Below are positions 50,269 to 63,052 of a stretch of 64,000 nt of DNA, piece after piece. The notes beneath the pieces are model-generated. The model ran no database searches and had not been told where the DNA came from. It saw only the letters and a list, made by a program, of their open reading frames with translations. Source of the DNA: Raillietiella orientalis (Eukaryota); the NCBI GenBank assembly GCA_036172245.1, contig JAYWIR010000002.1:5642001-5706000 (forward strand), read 5' to 3'. Position numbers and translations under genes: made by a program. Each line of letters opens with the position of its first letter. Position 1 is the stretch's first letter.

Positions 50269-53200
50269 ATGAATAATTCCAAGCAAAAGGAAAATCAACA
50301 TATACAGGTTTTTGTCCGTAACAGGTAAAAGCATGACATTTTCCACAAGCTTTACATTTTTAATTAAGGCCATTAAATAATATTGAGAAACAGCAAAGAG
50401 CTTGGAATGTTATTGAAATTCCTAGTAATAAGGAAGTGGTTGTCCGAGAAAGACCAGGTGATAAATTGTCAAAGACATTTACCTTTGATCGGGTATTTGA
50501 TAGTAATTCAAAACAGGTACGGCTTAATTTGTTTGACAACAGTTTTTGGTTTCCAGTTAGATGTGTATAGGTACGTTGTGAAACCTCTGTTGGAAGAAGT
50601 TTTATTGGGATATAACTGTACGGTTTTTGCATATGGACAAACTGGCACTGGAAAAACATTTACAATGGAAGGTGAACGTGGGCCTGACTGCAGCCTTCCT
50701 TGGGAGGAAGACCCTTTGTGTGGAATTATTCCCAGAGCCTTGAGTCACTTATTTGATGAGCTTCGAATGCAAGGGATAGAATTCACAGTTCGAGTCTCTT
50801 TTGTTGAACTTTATAATGAAGAACTCTTTGATTTGTTGGGAACCATTGATGATACAACCAGACTACGCCTCTTTGAAGATGTCACTCGTCGTGGCTCAGT
50901 CATTATTCAAGGCATGGAAGAAGTTACTGTGCACAACAAAAATGAAGTTTACCGTATTTTGGAAAAAGGATCTGAGAGAAGACGTACAGCATGTACCTTG
51001 CTCAATGCTCACTCCAGTAGATCACATACAGTGTTTGGAGTAACAGTGCACATGAAAGAATGCTCCATGGAAGGAGAAGAGCTTCTCAAAATTGGCAAAC
51101 TTAATTTAGTGGATTTGGCAGGCAGTGAAAATATTGGTCGATCAGGAGCTGTAGACCGCCGTGCTAGGGAAGCTGGCAGTATCAATCAGAGTTTACTCAC
51201 TCTGGGTAGAGTTATCACATCTTTGGTTGAGCGTGCCCCTCACGTACCTTATCGTGAATCTAAACTCACAAGGCTACTTCAGGATTCTTTGGGTGGAAAA
51301 ACCAAAACATCGATTATTGCAACCATTTCCCCTGCTTCTGTTAATTTGGAGGAAACGATGTCCACCTTGGAGTATGCACATAGGGCAAGGAACATTACCA
51401 ATAAGCCAGAAATAAATCAGAAACTCACCAAAATGGCTTTCATAAAGGAATATTCAGAAGAAATAGCCCGTTTGCAGAGAGATTTAGCAGCAGCACGTGA
51501 AAGAAATGGAATTATATTAGATAAAGACAATTATGCAGAAATGTGTTTGAAACTGGAGCTTCAAGAGCAAGAGATAACTGATAAACTAGCCAATATGAAG
51601 GCTCTGAGAGAAGAGATGGAGAAAAAAGAGGTGAGTTGCGTAATGACTTTAAGATTGTACACTGATTGCTTCAGGCCATATTTTCTGAGTTCTGCAGTAT
51701 CCATGAAGAGACGAAGCATCAGTTACAAGATGCTGAAAAAAGACTAGAGGATGTGCAGCAAACCTTAGAATCGAAAAATGAGGAGCTTAAATTAATAGAA
51801 CAGCAGCGAGATGAGCAAGAATGCTTAGTTGTTCATCATATGCAGACTGAGCAGCTTTTAGGAAAGCAAGCCAGAGAACTGCTGGATGTAGCTAAGCTCA
51901 GTGTTACAGATTTATCTCGCCTACATAACAAGCTAGATCAAAAAACATTTCTAGAGACTACTAATGCTCAGCATCACGAATGCTTTCGTACCAACATTTC
52001 TTGCTTTTGTGATAATGTGCGCGATGAAGTACAAGCATTTATTACTTCCAAGGAAGCATGGTATTCTTCACAGGAGAATGTGTATAGTAAGTACAGTGTG
52101 TTTAGATTTATATTATGTGTGATTTAAGATGAGTTGAAAATATTACAGAAACAACGTGCGGACCTACTGAAAGAGTTTGCAGAATCTGATTTGGTGACTG
52201 TGGGAGAAGTTACAGAAACTGCACAGCTTGCATTGCAAAATTGCATGAATACTGGAATGCAAGCATTCCAGCATATAGTTGACAGTGTGCATGAGTATAA
52301 CCAGGAAGGACACAAGACATTGCTGGGTCTACAGAAAGATGCCCAGTCATATCAGACAAAGTGTATTAGTCAGCTCTCTTCTGTAATTGAAAAAATTAAC
52401 GACTTGTCCACAAAAATGAATCTGCAAGTGCTTGAACGGCAGCAGCAAGTGCAGCTGTGGTTTCAGCAGTGTTTGAATCATTCTGAGACCATGAAAAGCA
52501 ACTTCAATCTGCAATACACAGCTATCACGCAGCAGATTAAACAGATATCTGACCAGTTAGAAAACGATATTGCTACAGTAGAGCAGGAACATGAGGTATG
52601 AAGTATTGAATTGTTTCAGGGCATTAAGGAGGACTTTCTAGGCACAAAACAAAACTTTCCAAACGTTACTAGAAAAACTGATGGAAGTTATACAGAGGAT
52701 GAGCATGCAGCAACAGCAAAGCAGTGCATGGAAGCAAGAAGTTGGTGCACATCTACGTTCTTTACATGGAGAAATTCAAGGAATCACAGGACACCTTCAG
52801 AAACTTCAAGAAGAAATGGAAGTTAGCTGTGTTCAATGTGTGCAGCAGTGCCAGCACTGTGAAATTCAGGACAGGAAATTTTCTGCATCCATCCAGGACA
52901 CTTTAAAAGAAGGAACAAACTACATTGTGAACACTCTTTCCTTGGCTGTTGATGAAGTAGAATGTTCTCAAAAAGAATTGTGTTCGCATCTCTCTGACCA
53001 AGAACAGCTTCAGCGTAAATTAATTGTTGGCAGTGAACAGTTATTGCAGATGACAGAAAAGAAACAGACAAGCTTGAGAGATGAATGCGCTCAGAAATTG
53101 CAGAATTGGCATGCCATGATACAAGCAAGGTCTCAGGACACAAAGCAGAAGGATGATAACATTCAGACCATGCTGATGGAAAAGTGGAATTATGTGAACG

Positions 53201-53676
53201 AGATACTCGAGGTTGAGCAAGGCAAAACAGACGAATGGAAAGAGGCGATGCTGAACAACGTTCAACATCTAGAGGAGGAAGTGAAGTTCCATCTTGAACA
53301 GCGCCTGCAAACTTATCAGACCACTGGTTTCACACCGCAAAAACGAGAATGGACCTATCCTGAACACTTAGCAGCCACCTCCCCTCATGAACGCATCGTG
53401 GAACGGTTCCGCCTCCAAAAAATTGCGGAGAGCACTGTCGCTGATTTCTCCTCTTCAATTAAGGAAGAACTTCTCAATACTCCGGAACCTTCACTTCCAG
53501 TGGTCGATGCGGCAACCCCCAATGACGATGATGATAAGGAAAATGCCTCCTCTTGCAAACTACCCTTCAGTCGCACGCAAGCGCGGTCGTTACGTAAACA
53601 ATACCCTTTATCTAAAGAGATAAAGGAAGCTGCGCAGGTGAACAACGTGCCTAACACGTTGCGACCCGCGAACTGA
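50269..53676 (+). CDS. KIF11: Kinesin-5 (Eg5/BimC/Klp61F), ~1063 aa, 6 exons
   Basis: Exons 50269-50324, 50369-50516, 50557-51630, 51675-52086, 52129-52595 and 52642-53676 total 3192 nt. Motor motifs [21 protein letters not shown] and [10 protein letters not shown]; kinesin-5 neck NITNKPEIN; coiled-coil stalk; BimC box TGFTPQKR. Confidence 0.97.
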
Positions 53677-54249
53677 GAAGAGCTTTTCTTGTGTAAAAAG
53701 GTATGCTGTTCTACAGGAATTTTTCTAAATTTTGTTTAATGGCTCCATTAGAAAATCAGATATGGTACTTGAAGGACTTGTAATCGTGACGAAGCAATGT
53801 TTCCTTTTGTACAAGACACGATATTAATAAAGATAAATGGCCGACTTTTATCCGCAAATCTTGCTCGTGCACTTTTGCGAAGCAAACTCAGAAAAACAGT
53901 CCTAAACACTTTTACGATGTACAAACTGCGCATGGATCGTGTGTGAAATCGGTTTCCCTGGAATGTGTGATAAGTCAATAATACTGGCAATGGTCCCCTA
54001 CTGCCTGTTGGCTATGAATTGGTTGTCCACACTTCGAGTAATTTATTTCCAAGAGGGATTTCGCGATTGCTAGTTCTCTACCCAAAAACAAAATTTTCGT
54101 TCTCATCGAAGGGAGGCGCGCATGCGTATCCTCATATGGGAAGGACGGGAGCGTTCATGAAAGCTGGTAGGTGGTCATTGGCAGATACATTTGCATGCGT
54201 CGAGGAGGTGTGAACGGGTTCCTACCTCTATTGAAACGGAACCAGAGAG

Positions 54250-55070
54250 TCAATGAGACAAACGGGAGCAGCAGTAGCCTTGCCGAGCAGCGCGGGGGTT
54301 TTTCGAATCGGCCTCTCCCCACTCTTCTCTTGGCCACCTTTGCTCTCCGCTTTGATCTTGCGCGCGTGGAGCATAGAAAGGCATGGCAGTCGGAAGCATT
54401 TTCAGAGGCGCTTCCCTGTCCTTGGAGTCTATCTTGAGTTTCTCCTGCCATCTGCAGGCCGGTCGAGAAAGAGAACGGGGCCTCCCCCACAGGAGAGTCC
54501 AGCGGACGCTCTGGCACCTACCTTCAAGGCTATTCGTTGGCTCCACAGTCCTCACTCGCTCCTCTCCTGCGAGATCGGGTTCGCTGTCCTGCTTGGCAGC
54601 GGAGAAAGGTCTGGAGCCAATGCGCCAAGCGAGTTCGGATGGGAAGAGAACGGAATCAAATTAGGTCACGAGTGGGAAGGAAAGGGGTGAGGCGCGAAGC
54701 ATGGTGTGGAGTACTTCGGGAGAGGAAGTACTCCACATCCTGGGTGATTGCAGCCACCGGAACGTGGGAACATGGATGCCTTAGAGTCAAATTGCGGGAG
54801 CAGAAATGTCTCCGAGGGCTGCCGCTTCACTTTGTAGAAGCATCAGCCACACGCCGAGGGTCAACCTCCCTTCCAAAAGTCACTCGTCATCTCGGGGGTC
54901 TTCTCTTCTCTCCCCGCAGTCCACACAGCATGCATGATCTCACCATCCGTGCCCTCTTGAACCTCGCGATAACCATGACCCCGCTGTCCCTCGAACATGA
55001 GGACGTTCGAAAGTTCGCCGTGGTCAGCCACCTCCCTCGCCTACGTTCGCTCCGACATCTCGAAGAGGCC
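54250..55070 (-). mobile_element. Decayed LINE-like remnant
   Basis: Shares cctctgaaaatgcttcc with the LINE copy at about 40185. A CMLCGLRG knuckle-like segment suggests a Tx1 ORF1. Confidence 0.3.
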
Positions 55071-55289
55071 CGCTGGCGGATTCCCGCGGCGTGGACAGAG
55101 GGGTACACGGGTCGCGGGCACACCTTCGCGCCTTCAGGATCTCTTGGGAAGCTGTGGGCAGTTTCGGGCGACGGGATCCCTGGGATGTTCCCCTCCTCCT
55201 TTGTCCCCACTCCGCGCGTGCCTCTTCCCTCACGATCTCTTCCCAGTGCACCGCTTCCGCTGCTTCTCTTCCCCGCTCTTGCGCCCGCG

Positions 55290-55720
55290 CATCCCAGGCA
55301 CACGTGTCCGACTGGCGGAGCGAGACGCACTCGAGGCGGAGATGTCGGGACTGGCCCCAAGTAGCTGCGCGATGTGGCGTCCCGGATCGAAGGACGCCCG
55401 CGGGCTCGGGCCCGTCCCCCCTTCCGCGCACGCGTTGGCAGCATTCGACCGCGGGAGCGGCGCCCTCGAGTGCGCTCATCGACGGACGCCGTTTTTCGAG
55501 CCCGCCTCTTCCGGGCGCGGCGTCTTCGTCTTTCCTCCCTTCTGGTTTTCCCTCCAGGGGTCAGGTTACACCCTTCCATGGGAAGCGTGACACCGCACGA
55601 TGGCGGAGAAGCACGCCGGGAAGGAGGGTTCTCAAGGTCATGGGAGAAACCTCCCGCCTCCCCAGGGGCGCATCGGGGAGGTCCGATGGTGTCGCCGCCA
55701 CGTGGAGGGCTCACGAAGCT
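55290..55720 (+). repeat. Dispersed GC-rich repeat, copy 1 (LTR-like)
   Basis: Aligns with 60260-60670 (cccggatcgaagga-gcccgcgggctcgg; ttttccctccaggggtcagg-tacacccttccatgg). Confidence 0.8.
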
Positions 55721-55749
55721 CCTTCAGTCCTTGCCACCCGAGAGCGCGT

Positions 55750-57600
55750 GCTAATCCCTCGGGGCGATCCTGTAGGGACCACCCTCATCGATCCAGGGAG
55801 ACTCCAAAGGAAAGGGATCTGTTCCTACAGGATCCCAGGAAGAGAGCCCCTCTCCCCTTGGTTGTCCCCGAAGGACAATCCGAAGAGAACCCCGGAAGGA
55901 GCATCGCCCTCCCAGCACTCTGGAGAGGCGACCCCCTGAGGGAGTGCCGACCAGTCCATGAAACGCGACAGAGGGTGCTCTCCCAGGAGGGATCGGGTCG
56001 ACCTGGAGGGGAACCTCGAAGCTCCATGGTTCCTGGAGGCAACCCAGGAGGGTCGATCTCGAATCCCGGTCGGTGAGCGAGGAAGTAGCCGATCTCCTAC
56101 GCCAAAGCAATGGTCTCCTACTCCTACCCGAGCCCTGATGACCAGCCAGCGCCGCCTGCGGGGGTGAAGGGACTCAACCCCCCATCTTCCCAACGCGCCC
56201 GCCACTCTCAGCGTTGACCCTTCGCAGCGGGGGCCCGAACCCGCGACGCCGGGTGCCGCGTGCGGCAGAAGCGGTATGAGGCGATAAGCGCCGTTGGCGT
56301 GAAATGACCGGGAAGGTGCCGGCTCGCAGCTCCAGGGAATTCGGCAGGGCGCAGAAGGGAACGAGAAGGGCTCGGAGTCCGACCTCGACCCGTTGCCTCC
56401 CGCACCGGGCAGATCCTTTCCGGACTCATTCGGACGGCAGGAACGACCGGGAGGATGCCGTCTCCGCGGTCCTCCACGCGGGGCGGCTGCCTCGAGTCGA
56501 ATTCTGCTCCCACCCCGAGCGAAGGGTAACGTGACCCGGGGTCAGATACGAGGTTGTCCCGACCACCTCTTGTTGCCCAGCGTAGCCTCGTAGGAGCACC
56601 CCCTGCTGGGTTGTCCCCTCGCACCCGGGGGGTTACTCGCCGTCCCCGGAATGGCGACCTGCACAGAGCCGGTCCTGGAGGTGCAGAGGGCGCGTCGACT
56701 CCGTCGCGCCCCTCCAGGAGTGACCGACCCTCCGGCCTGCTAGGTGGATTCCAGGAGACACGCGCACCCCCTGCTTACAATAAGATGCCCCACTCCGTTC
56801 CGTGAGGACTTCGCCGGGGCGCCGGTATTTCGCGTTCAAGCGCATGCCCTGAAGGCGTGGCGAGCAGAGGGAGACCATGGCCGGCTGAGCCTCCAGGAAT
56901 GTAGATGTCAGCGCTCCCGGGCCCCGGAGTCCCTATACGGGACTTCGCCACCCTTCCTCCGGAGGCTTCCCTCGAGAGGTCATCCAGGGTTTGTGGAAGC
57001 TCCCACGGGTTGCTTCGGAGCGTGGGCGTGAGGGAGGGACGTGTGGGCGTCCCTCCCTCCTCTTTTAGAAGGGGAAGAAGGGAAGCATCCCCATCATCGG
57101 AAGGAGGACCCCGTCCCGAGGGGCCTGCGCGCATTTCTGGAACCTTCCCGAGCCCACCGTCCCTTCGTTTCAAGGTCATCTCTCCCCCTTCTTATCCTCA
57201 GGTACTGCGCTCTCATCTTAGAGGTGGGAGACAGATCAGGGAATAGGTGGAGCCTGGTCCTCAGGTCATGGATGGCTGCCTCAGGAAGCCCCCTCTCCGC
57301 CAGTGGGGATAAGACGCGGGACCCTCGTGGGTCGCTTTTCCCTCCCGGGCTTCTTCCTCCACTTCCACTTCCTGTTGGAGAGCTTCCCAGGAAGTGAGTC
57401 CATTCGAGGGAGGAGTACCACCCTAGGGGTGGGCACGAGTATCCCTCCTGTGCCCTGGGGGTCGAACCAACCCTCCGTCCTTCCTCTGCGCCCACTCCGG
57501 GATCCTCCCATGGGAGTCCAGCCGAAGGTTGCAGGGTGGTCAGGGGTCCACCCTGCAACCTCCGGTTCCGACAGGGAGGAAAGGGAGAGACACCCCGCGG
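55750..57600 (-). mobile_element. Decayed LTR-retrotransposon-like internal sequence
   Basis: RLNAKYRRPGEVLTERSGASY resembles the GPY/F module at the C-terminus of Gypsy integrases. The GGGAACCC-GAAGG subrepeats are shared with the 29-kb insertion. Confidence 0.3.
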
Positions 57601-57777
57601 AAGAGCGGCAGCGTGAGGCCGCACGTCGCCGCTTCCTGCTATGGTGGGGTCACGCGCGCGCAGGCGCGCGTCCTCGTTGCTCCCGCGGCGGCGGCGTCAG
57701 CGACGCGCGGATTCCCCGCTCGCGGGCACGTCGGTCGCGGCCGTCTCGAGCGCTCCGGCAGTCCTGCTGGTCGCGCT

Positions 57778-60700
57778 ATGGCGAGCGAGAAGGCCGCGAT
57801 GGCTGCTGCTGCTGCCGCTGCCGAAAGCGGTGGCGGTGCGGTCGGTGCCGGCGGCGGCCCCGTGCCTGCGGGGGATGCCACCGTGGGGCTGAAGCCCAAA
57901 CTAGGACTGCTGAACGGCGTGTCGGTGATTGTGGGCTGCATCATCGGCAGCGGCATCTTTGTGACCCCCACGGGAGTGCTACGACTCGTCGGCTCCGCCA
58001 ATGTGTCGCTGGTCGTGTGGGCGCTCTGCGGCCTCTTCTCCATGGCCGGAGCCTACTGCTATGCCGAGCTGGGCTGCATGATGGCGCGCACCGGCGCTGA
58101 CTACGTCTACATCATGACGACTTTCGGGCGCTTCCCGGCCTTCATGAGACTCTGGGTCGAGTGCATGGTCGTGCGACCCTGCACCCAGGCGGTGGTCAGC
58201 CTCACCTTCGGCATTTACGCCCTGCGCCCCTTCTTCCAGGACTGCGAGCTCCCCGCCCATCTCGTCGTCCTGATGGCCCTTCTTGCACAGGGTAAGTGAG
58301 CGCGCTCCGGAATGGGCTCCACGAGGAGGCAAGGGAAGGGCCTAGTTTTCCCGTGGGGCGCCACGAAGGGAATGGAGAGGCGAACGCCTTTGCGGGACGT
58401 GTGGAAGGCGGCATCGCCTTGTTCCCCCCTCCTTTTCCTCCTCTCCACGGAGAGGGTCCACTCAGCGACTGCTTGACGGACCCTCATCTTGCTCTTCCGC
58501 CCCCCTTTCCGCCTCTTTAAACGGAGAGTCGGTCCATCTGGTCCCCCTTCAGACGGGAACAGGTGTGAGAAGTGAGGCTCGAAGGAACTTCCGGTTTCTC
58601 AGCGAGCTCGGCGCCTCCCCGGCACGGCCTGCCCTCTCCTTGAGAACCCTTTCCTACCTTCCGCCTCTTGCGGGGGAGGAGTCGCTCAGGCGAAGACATC
58701 TCGGATGGCGCTCTCGGGCTCGTCGGGCTGCGGTCTAGTCGCCTGAGGAGGGAGGAAAGATCGCCGCTTCCTCTTCCGCACGGCCCCTCGCCCCCATGCC
58801 CTCCCGGTGCAGTCACCCTGTATCCGGCTTCGAGGTAGGTTTGCGGAGTCTGGAGCGAAGGGCAGCTGAGGAAATGCCTCCCGCGCCCTTCCTGGATGGT
58901 CTCCACAAGCGGCAGGATCCTCGCGGCATTGGGGACTAGCCGGAAGACAAGTCGCTGGGCGACGGGCGGGCCGAAGACATGCTCAGGTTGCGTACGGAAG
59001 GCGTGCGACCGCCGAAGGAGACTGTAGGGGCGGGGAGGGAGCCGATTTCGTGCCTCCTCTCCTCCCTCCGAGCGGGTTGGAGGGAGGGGAAGGGGAAAGA
59101 AAGAAACTGGACTCTCGGTATCGGACGCACGTAGGCGGCCCTCAGTATCAGAAGAGATAGTCATCTTCCTCTCGACTAGCGTGCTGACCTTCCAAGGAGC
59201 CAAGATGAGCCCGGCGGTCGCCGCGCGACCACCACATTAGCGCGCGCGCTCCTTCGCTTACGCCTTCTTTTTTCCTTACCTTTTCTTCTCCCATCCTCCT
59301 CCCTGCCTCCTCCTCCATCTTTCTTTTCCTCTTCCTGCTTCGATCCTCTCTTCCTCCTCTTTCTTCTCCTCCTCCTCCTCCGTCTCTTCTTCTCTCCCTC
59401 TTTCATTCCTCCCTTTCTTTTCTCATCTCCCCTCTTTCTTTTCTTCCTCCCTTCCTCTTCCACCTCCACTTTCTCTTCCTTCTCCTCTTCTCATCCTCCC
59501 TTCCTCTTCCTCCTTCCTTCCTGTTCCAGATACTGTCGAAAACGGTCCAAGCACAGCCCTTTCTGCGCTGCCCTGCCGGGGACAACAACTTGCTGTCCTG
59601 GGAGTCAAGGGAACGAGAAGGAAGTCAAGACTACCTTCTCGTCTCAGAGATGATTTCTCGCGTGCAAGACAGCTCCTTGAGTCGCTGTGCGGAACGGGAG
59701 CTCACCTGGAGGGGAACACAGACTTCCTTCCCAGGGTTTCCGCTGCCGATCATTTTTGGGGATGACCTGCCTTGGGACCCGCGCTGGGACGCACCCGAAG
59801 GCCCTTCTTCGTTGGCGTCCATCCTCGCGCACTACCGATGCAGAGCCTGAGGCTTCTCGCGTTCCACTTTCGTCCGTGGTGCGCAGCTTGCCGCCATGGC
59901 CGGGCCTCTCCGGTCACAAAATGGCTCCCTCCCGGCTTGTTTAAGGCTTTGCTTTGTTGTTTTCCGTGGCCCGCCGCGCTCCAGGATAAAAAGCGGCGGA
60001 TTTGACGCAGCTTTCCCGCCATCGGTACACTGCGTGCGCGCACCGAGCGCTGACTGCGGATGCCGGACGCCTCCTCTGCAGGACGGATCTGGGGAACACC
60101 CTAGCAACAAATGCACCATCGGTGCCCGGGAAATACCAAGATGATCTGATTGACGACGTCCGTTCGCCCGACACCGAACGCGGGCCGTGTGATTATGCTG
60201 ATTTGATTTTTGCCTGACTGCCAGCTCTGTCCTTCCCCCTGACCACCTCAGACTGAAGACGCGCGTGCTCGGGGCGGCGAGGTCGGAACTGCCCGCGAGT
60301 AGCTGCTCGCCGTGTGACGGCCCGGATCGAAGGATGCCCGCGGGCTCGGACCTGTCCCCTCTTCCGAAGCACGCGTCGGCGGCATCCGACCGCGTTAGCG
60401 GCGCCCTCGAGCAGTTCCGGACGCGGCGGCTTCGTCTTTCCTTCTTCCTTCTCTTGATTTTCCCTCCAGGGGTCAGGTCACACCCTTCCATGGAAAGCTT
60501 GACGCCGCACGATGGAGGAGTACGCCGGGAAGAGGCGGTGCCATGACGACCTATCGGGAAAGCCCTCCCTTGCTTCCGTCCCATCCCTTCATGGGACGTG
60601 GTTTTCTTTCTCCTGATGAACTGTCTGTCTCCCCGGGGAGCATCGGTGAGGCTCTCAATGCCACGTGGTAACTCGCAAGGCAATCATCACGCCTCCCGAA

Positions 60701-63052
60701 AGCGCATCCGAGGACGCAGGAGAACGCCGCCATGTGCCTCCGCACTCTCAGCTGCCCTCCGGGGAAGCGTAAGGCGGCGCGTCTGTGCGGCTCGTTTTTC
60801 ACGGGCTGCTGTCTCGTGATCTCGGGCAGCCGTTCGAGCAGCGGCCGCGGCACGAATCAGGCGCGAAAGACTCGCTGTACTTTTCGCCCGTAGGTGAAAC
60901 GTAAGCAAAGGACCACTATCGATGGTTCTCTTGATTCTTCGGGATCCTCCGCGCGTGCGTCGTTCGACGCTTCCAAGGCCCCACCTCGTCCTCGGAGAGA
61001 GACTGCTTTTCCACAGCACTTCCTCTTCCTCCCTTCCTCCTCTTCTCTTCCTCCCTCTTCCTCCTTCTCCCCTTCCTTTCCTTCTCCCTTCCTTCCTTCT
61101 TCGTTTTTCTCCCCCCCTTTCCCCACATCCCTTCACCCGAACCTGAAACGTAAGCAATGGACCATCACCGACGGTCCGTCCGACTCTTCGGGAACCTCGT
61201 CGCGCTCCCCGTCCGAGGTCGTGGATTCTTTCCGCCCTCAAAAAGACTCCCCCATCGGTTGGTTCCCCAGTGGATCCGCCCCATTCTCAGAGCTCCCGAG
61301 TAGTCGGGCTGCAGCCATCATCTTGAGGTGGCAATCAGGAGCTTCCTCTGGGGGTCTCAGTTGCTCGAATGGATTCAGGACTCGTGAGATCACCCGGGGC
61401 AGGTCACCACGCTGCACCGGCAGGAATTTTTCATCCCACCCTGCGTGCCAGGAGGGTGCACCGTTCGGGTGTGCGCGGGACTCGTTTCGATGCGGGAGGA
61501 GGAGGCGCTCTCGGAGTCGACTGCCATCTCGCGAGCACCCTGCTGCAGGGGGCCGCAGCATCCGGGAGGGAAGTTCCCGCGCTTCCTCCGAAGGAATCTG
61601 GATCGCCCCTCCTTCTCTCGTGGGTCGTGTCGGGGTTTTTTGACTCCGCGGGTCTTCCGCGCGACCAAAAGGCTCTCCCGGCAGCGCTGCTCGCTGTAAC
61701 TTCCGGGCCGGGCGGATTCGCCCCCGGGGGCTGTCACGTGGTCTCATTTCGACTCGGGCAGCTTCATGCCCCGGACACGCAGCACCTCACCGCGCCTTCC
61801 CGGCGAGAGCTCTTTGTCCTTCGGCACCAATGCCGGGAGTCGACCTTTCTCCGTGGCGCTCGGTCCGAGGCGGCGCCCAGGGTTTCTCTCCGGGACGGTT
61901 GCAACACGTGCGGCTGCTTTCACGTTGAAGCCCCACAGGCACGTCCCGAAAGCTGCAAACGGAGGACGGGGAACTAGGGCCGCCGTGGGGGCGCGCACGG
62001 GTTGGCACTTTCGCATTCGAGGGGGTTCGCGAAGAGGTTGCTCGCGGTCCTACTGTGAAGAGGCGCGAGGGAGCTCTCCAGGAAGAACAGCGTGGGAGCG
62101 GAGCATCCGGATGCCGACTGGATCGGAAGGGGGCAGAAGGAGTTCTCGGCCCGAACTCTGGTAGCCCGGAAATGCCACTCGAGTGCAGGGTCGCACAGGG
62201 GCGGAAAAGGGTGCTGCAGGGTGCAACTGCTCGGGAGAGATCTAACCAACGGACCAAACAAAGTCGTCCGGAAAGCTCGGAGCGACCCGATGCGTCCTTT
62301 CGCATCGAGAAGAGCGCTGGTGATCACCCCGGAATTGAGCCTGAGGCGGAGATCGCGGCGCGCGCACGTCTCAGGACCAACAGTCCGTCTCGTCGGTCCA
62401 GCCTCCTCCCGTTCTTGGACTTGGCACGTCGGTTGGCGGCAGCAATCGATGATTCCGCCAGGACCAGGCAGTTTGCTGATTCCAGCGACGGTCCTGACGG
62501 TGGTGGCAGCACGAATGCAGTGCGAAGGAGGCGTTTCGAGGACTCACGTCGATCTGAAGTGGTAAGGACCAGGCAGTAGCGGGATGAAGAGAGTTGGTGC
62601 GACGGGGCGTTCCTTGAAGAGCACTACCCTCAAGAAGAGGAGGAGAGAGAGGGGGACGACTCTCTGATAGCGGAAAGGCGCCTGGGGCTGCAAAAGGGAC
62701 AGTGGACTCTGGTGCCAGTTAAGAAGATGCGGGTGTTTCGCACTCATCGCGTGTGTGCGCGCCTTCGGGGGTCATCATAGTCAGAAACAGACGCTTGCCC
62801 CATCCCCTTCCTCTGCGCCCCAGGGGAACCTCGGCAGACAGTCGAGTCTACTGCTCGGCAGTGCACCGGAAGGGAGGATAGCCCTGGGCGGTGCGACTCG
62901 TGCTGACGAGGTCTCTTGTTTTCCAGGCATCCTGACGTTCATAAACTGCTGGAGCACTCGGTGGGCGACCAGGATACAGGACTTCTTCCTGTGGGCAAAG
63001 CTGCTGGCTGTTTCCATCATTATCGTCACCGGGATCGTGCAGCTGTCGAAAG
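57778..63052 (+). CDS. SLC7-family L-type amino acid transporter light chain (LAT1/y+LAT-like), exons 1-2; gene continues past the window
   Basis: Exon 1 57778-58291 (GLLNGVSVIVGCIIGSGIFVTPTGVL, YCYAELG, PAFMRLW, YALRPFFQDC; donor gtaagt). Exon 2 62927-63052 (ILTFINCWSTRWATRIQDFFLWAKLLA). Phase-1 junction. Confidence 0.93.
59263..59521. repeat. Polypyrimidine (CCT/CTT-rich) low-complexity tract
   Basis: About 260 bp that are almost entirely C/T on the plus strand. Confidence 0.9.
60260..60670 (+). repeat. Dispersed GC-rich repeat, copy 2
   Basis: Direct-orientation homolog of 55290-55720. Confidence 0.8.
60895..61215. repeat. ~70-bp diverged direct repeats (tgaaacgtaagcaa-ggacca...) flanking a C/T tract at 61018-61125
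   Basis: Copies start near 60895 and 61143. Confidence 0.7.
61290..62100. mobile_element. Possible decayed pogo/Tigger-type DDE transposase remnants
   Basis: Plus strand PRVSLR / TRAAAF and minus strand SEEARG / NGAPPGT / RPPEEAP resemble pogo-like motifs. Heavily frameshifted. Confidence 0.3.

Noticed and set aside
52596..52619. 24-bp intron option in kinesin (ORF 52611-52826 frame)
   Set aside because: Leads to a premature stop before the BimC box; the acceptor at 52641 gives the full protein.
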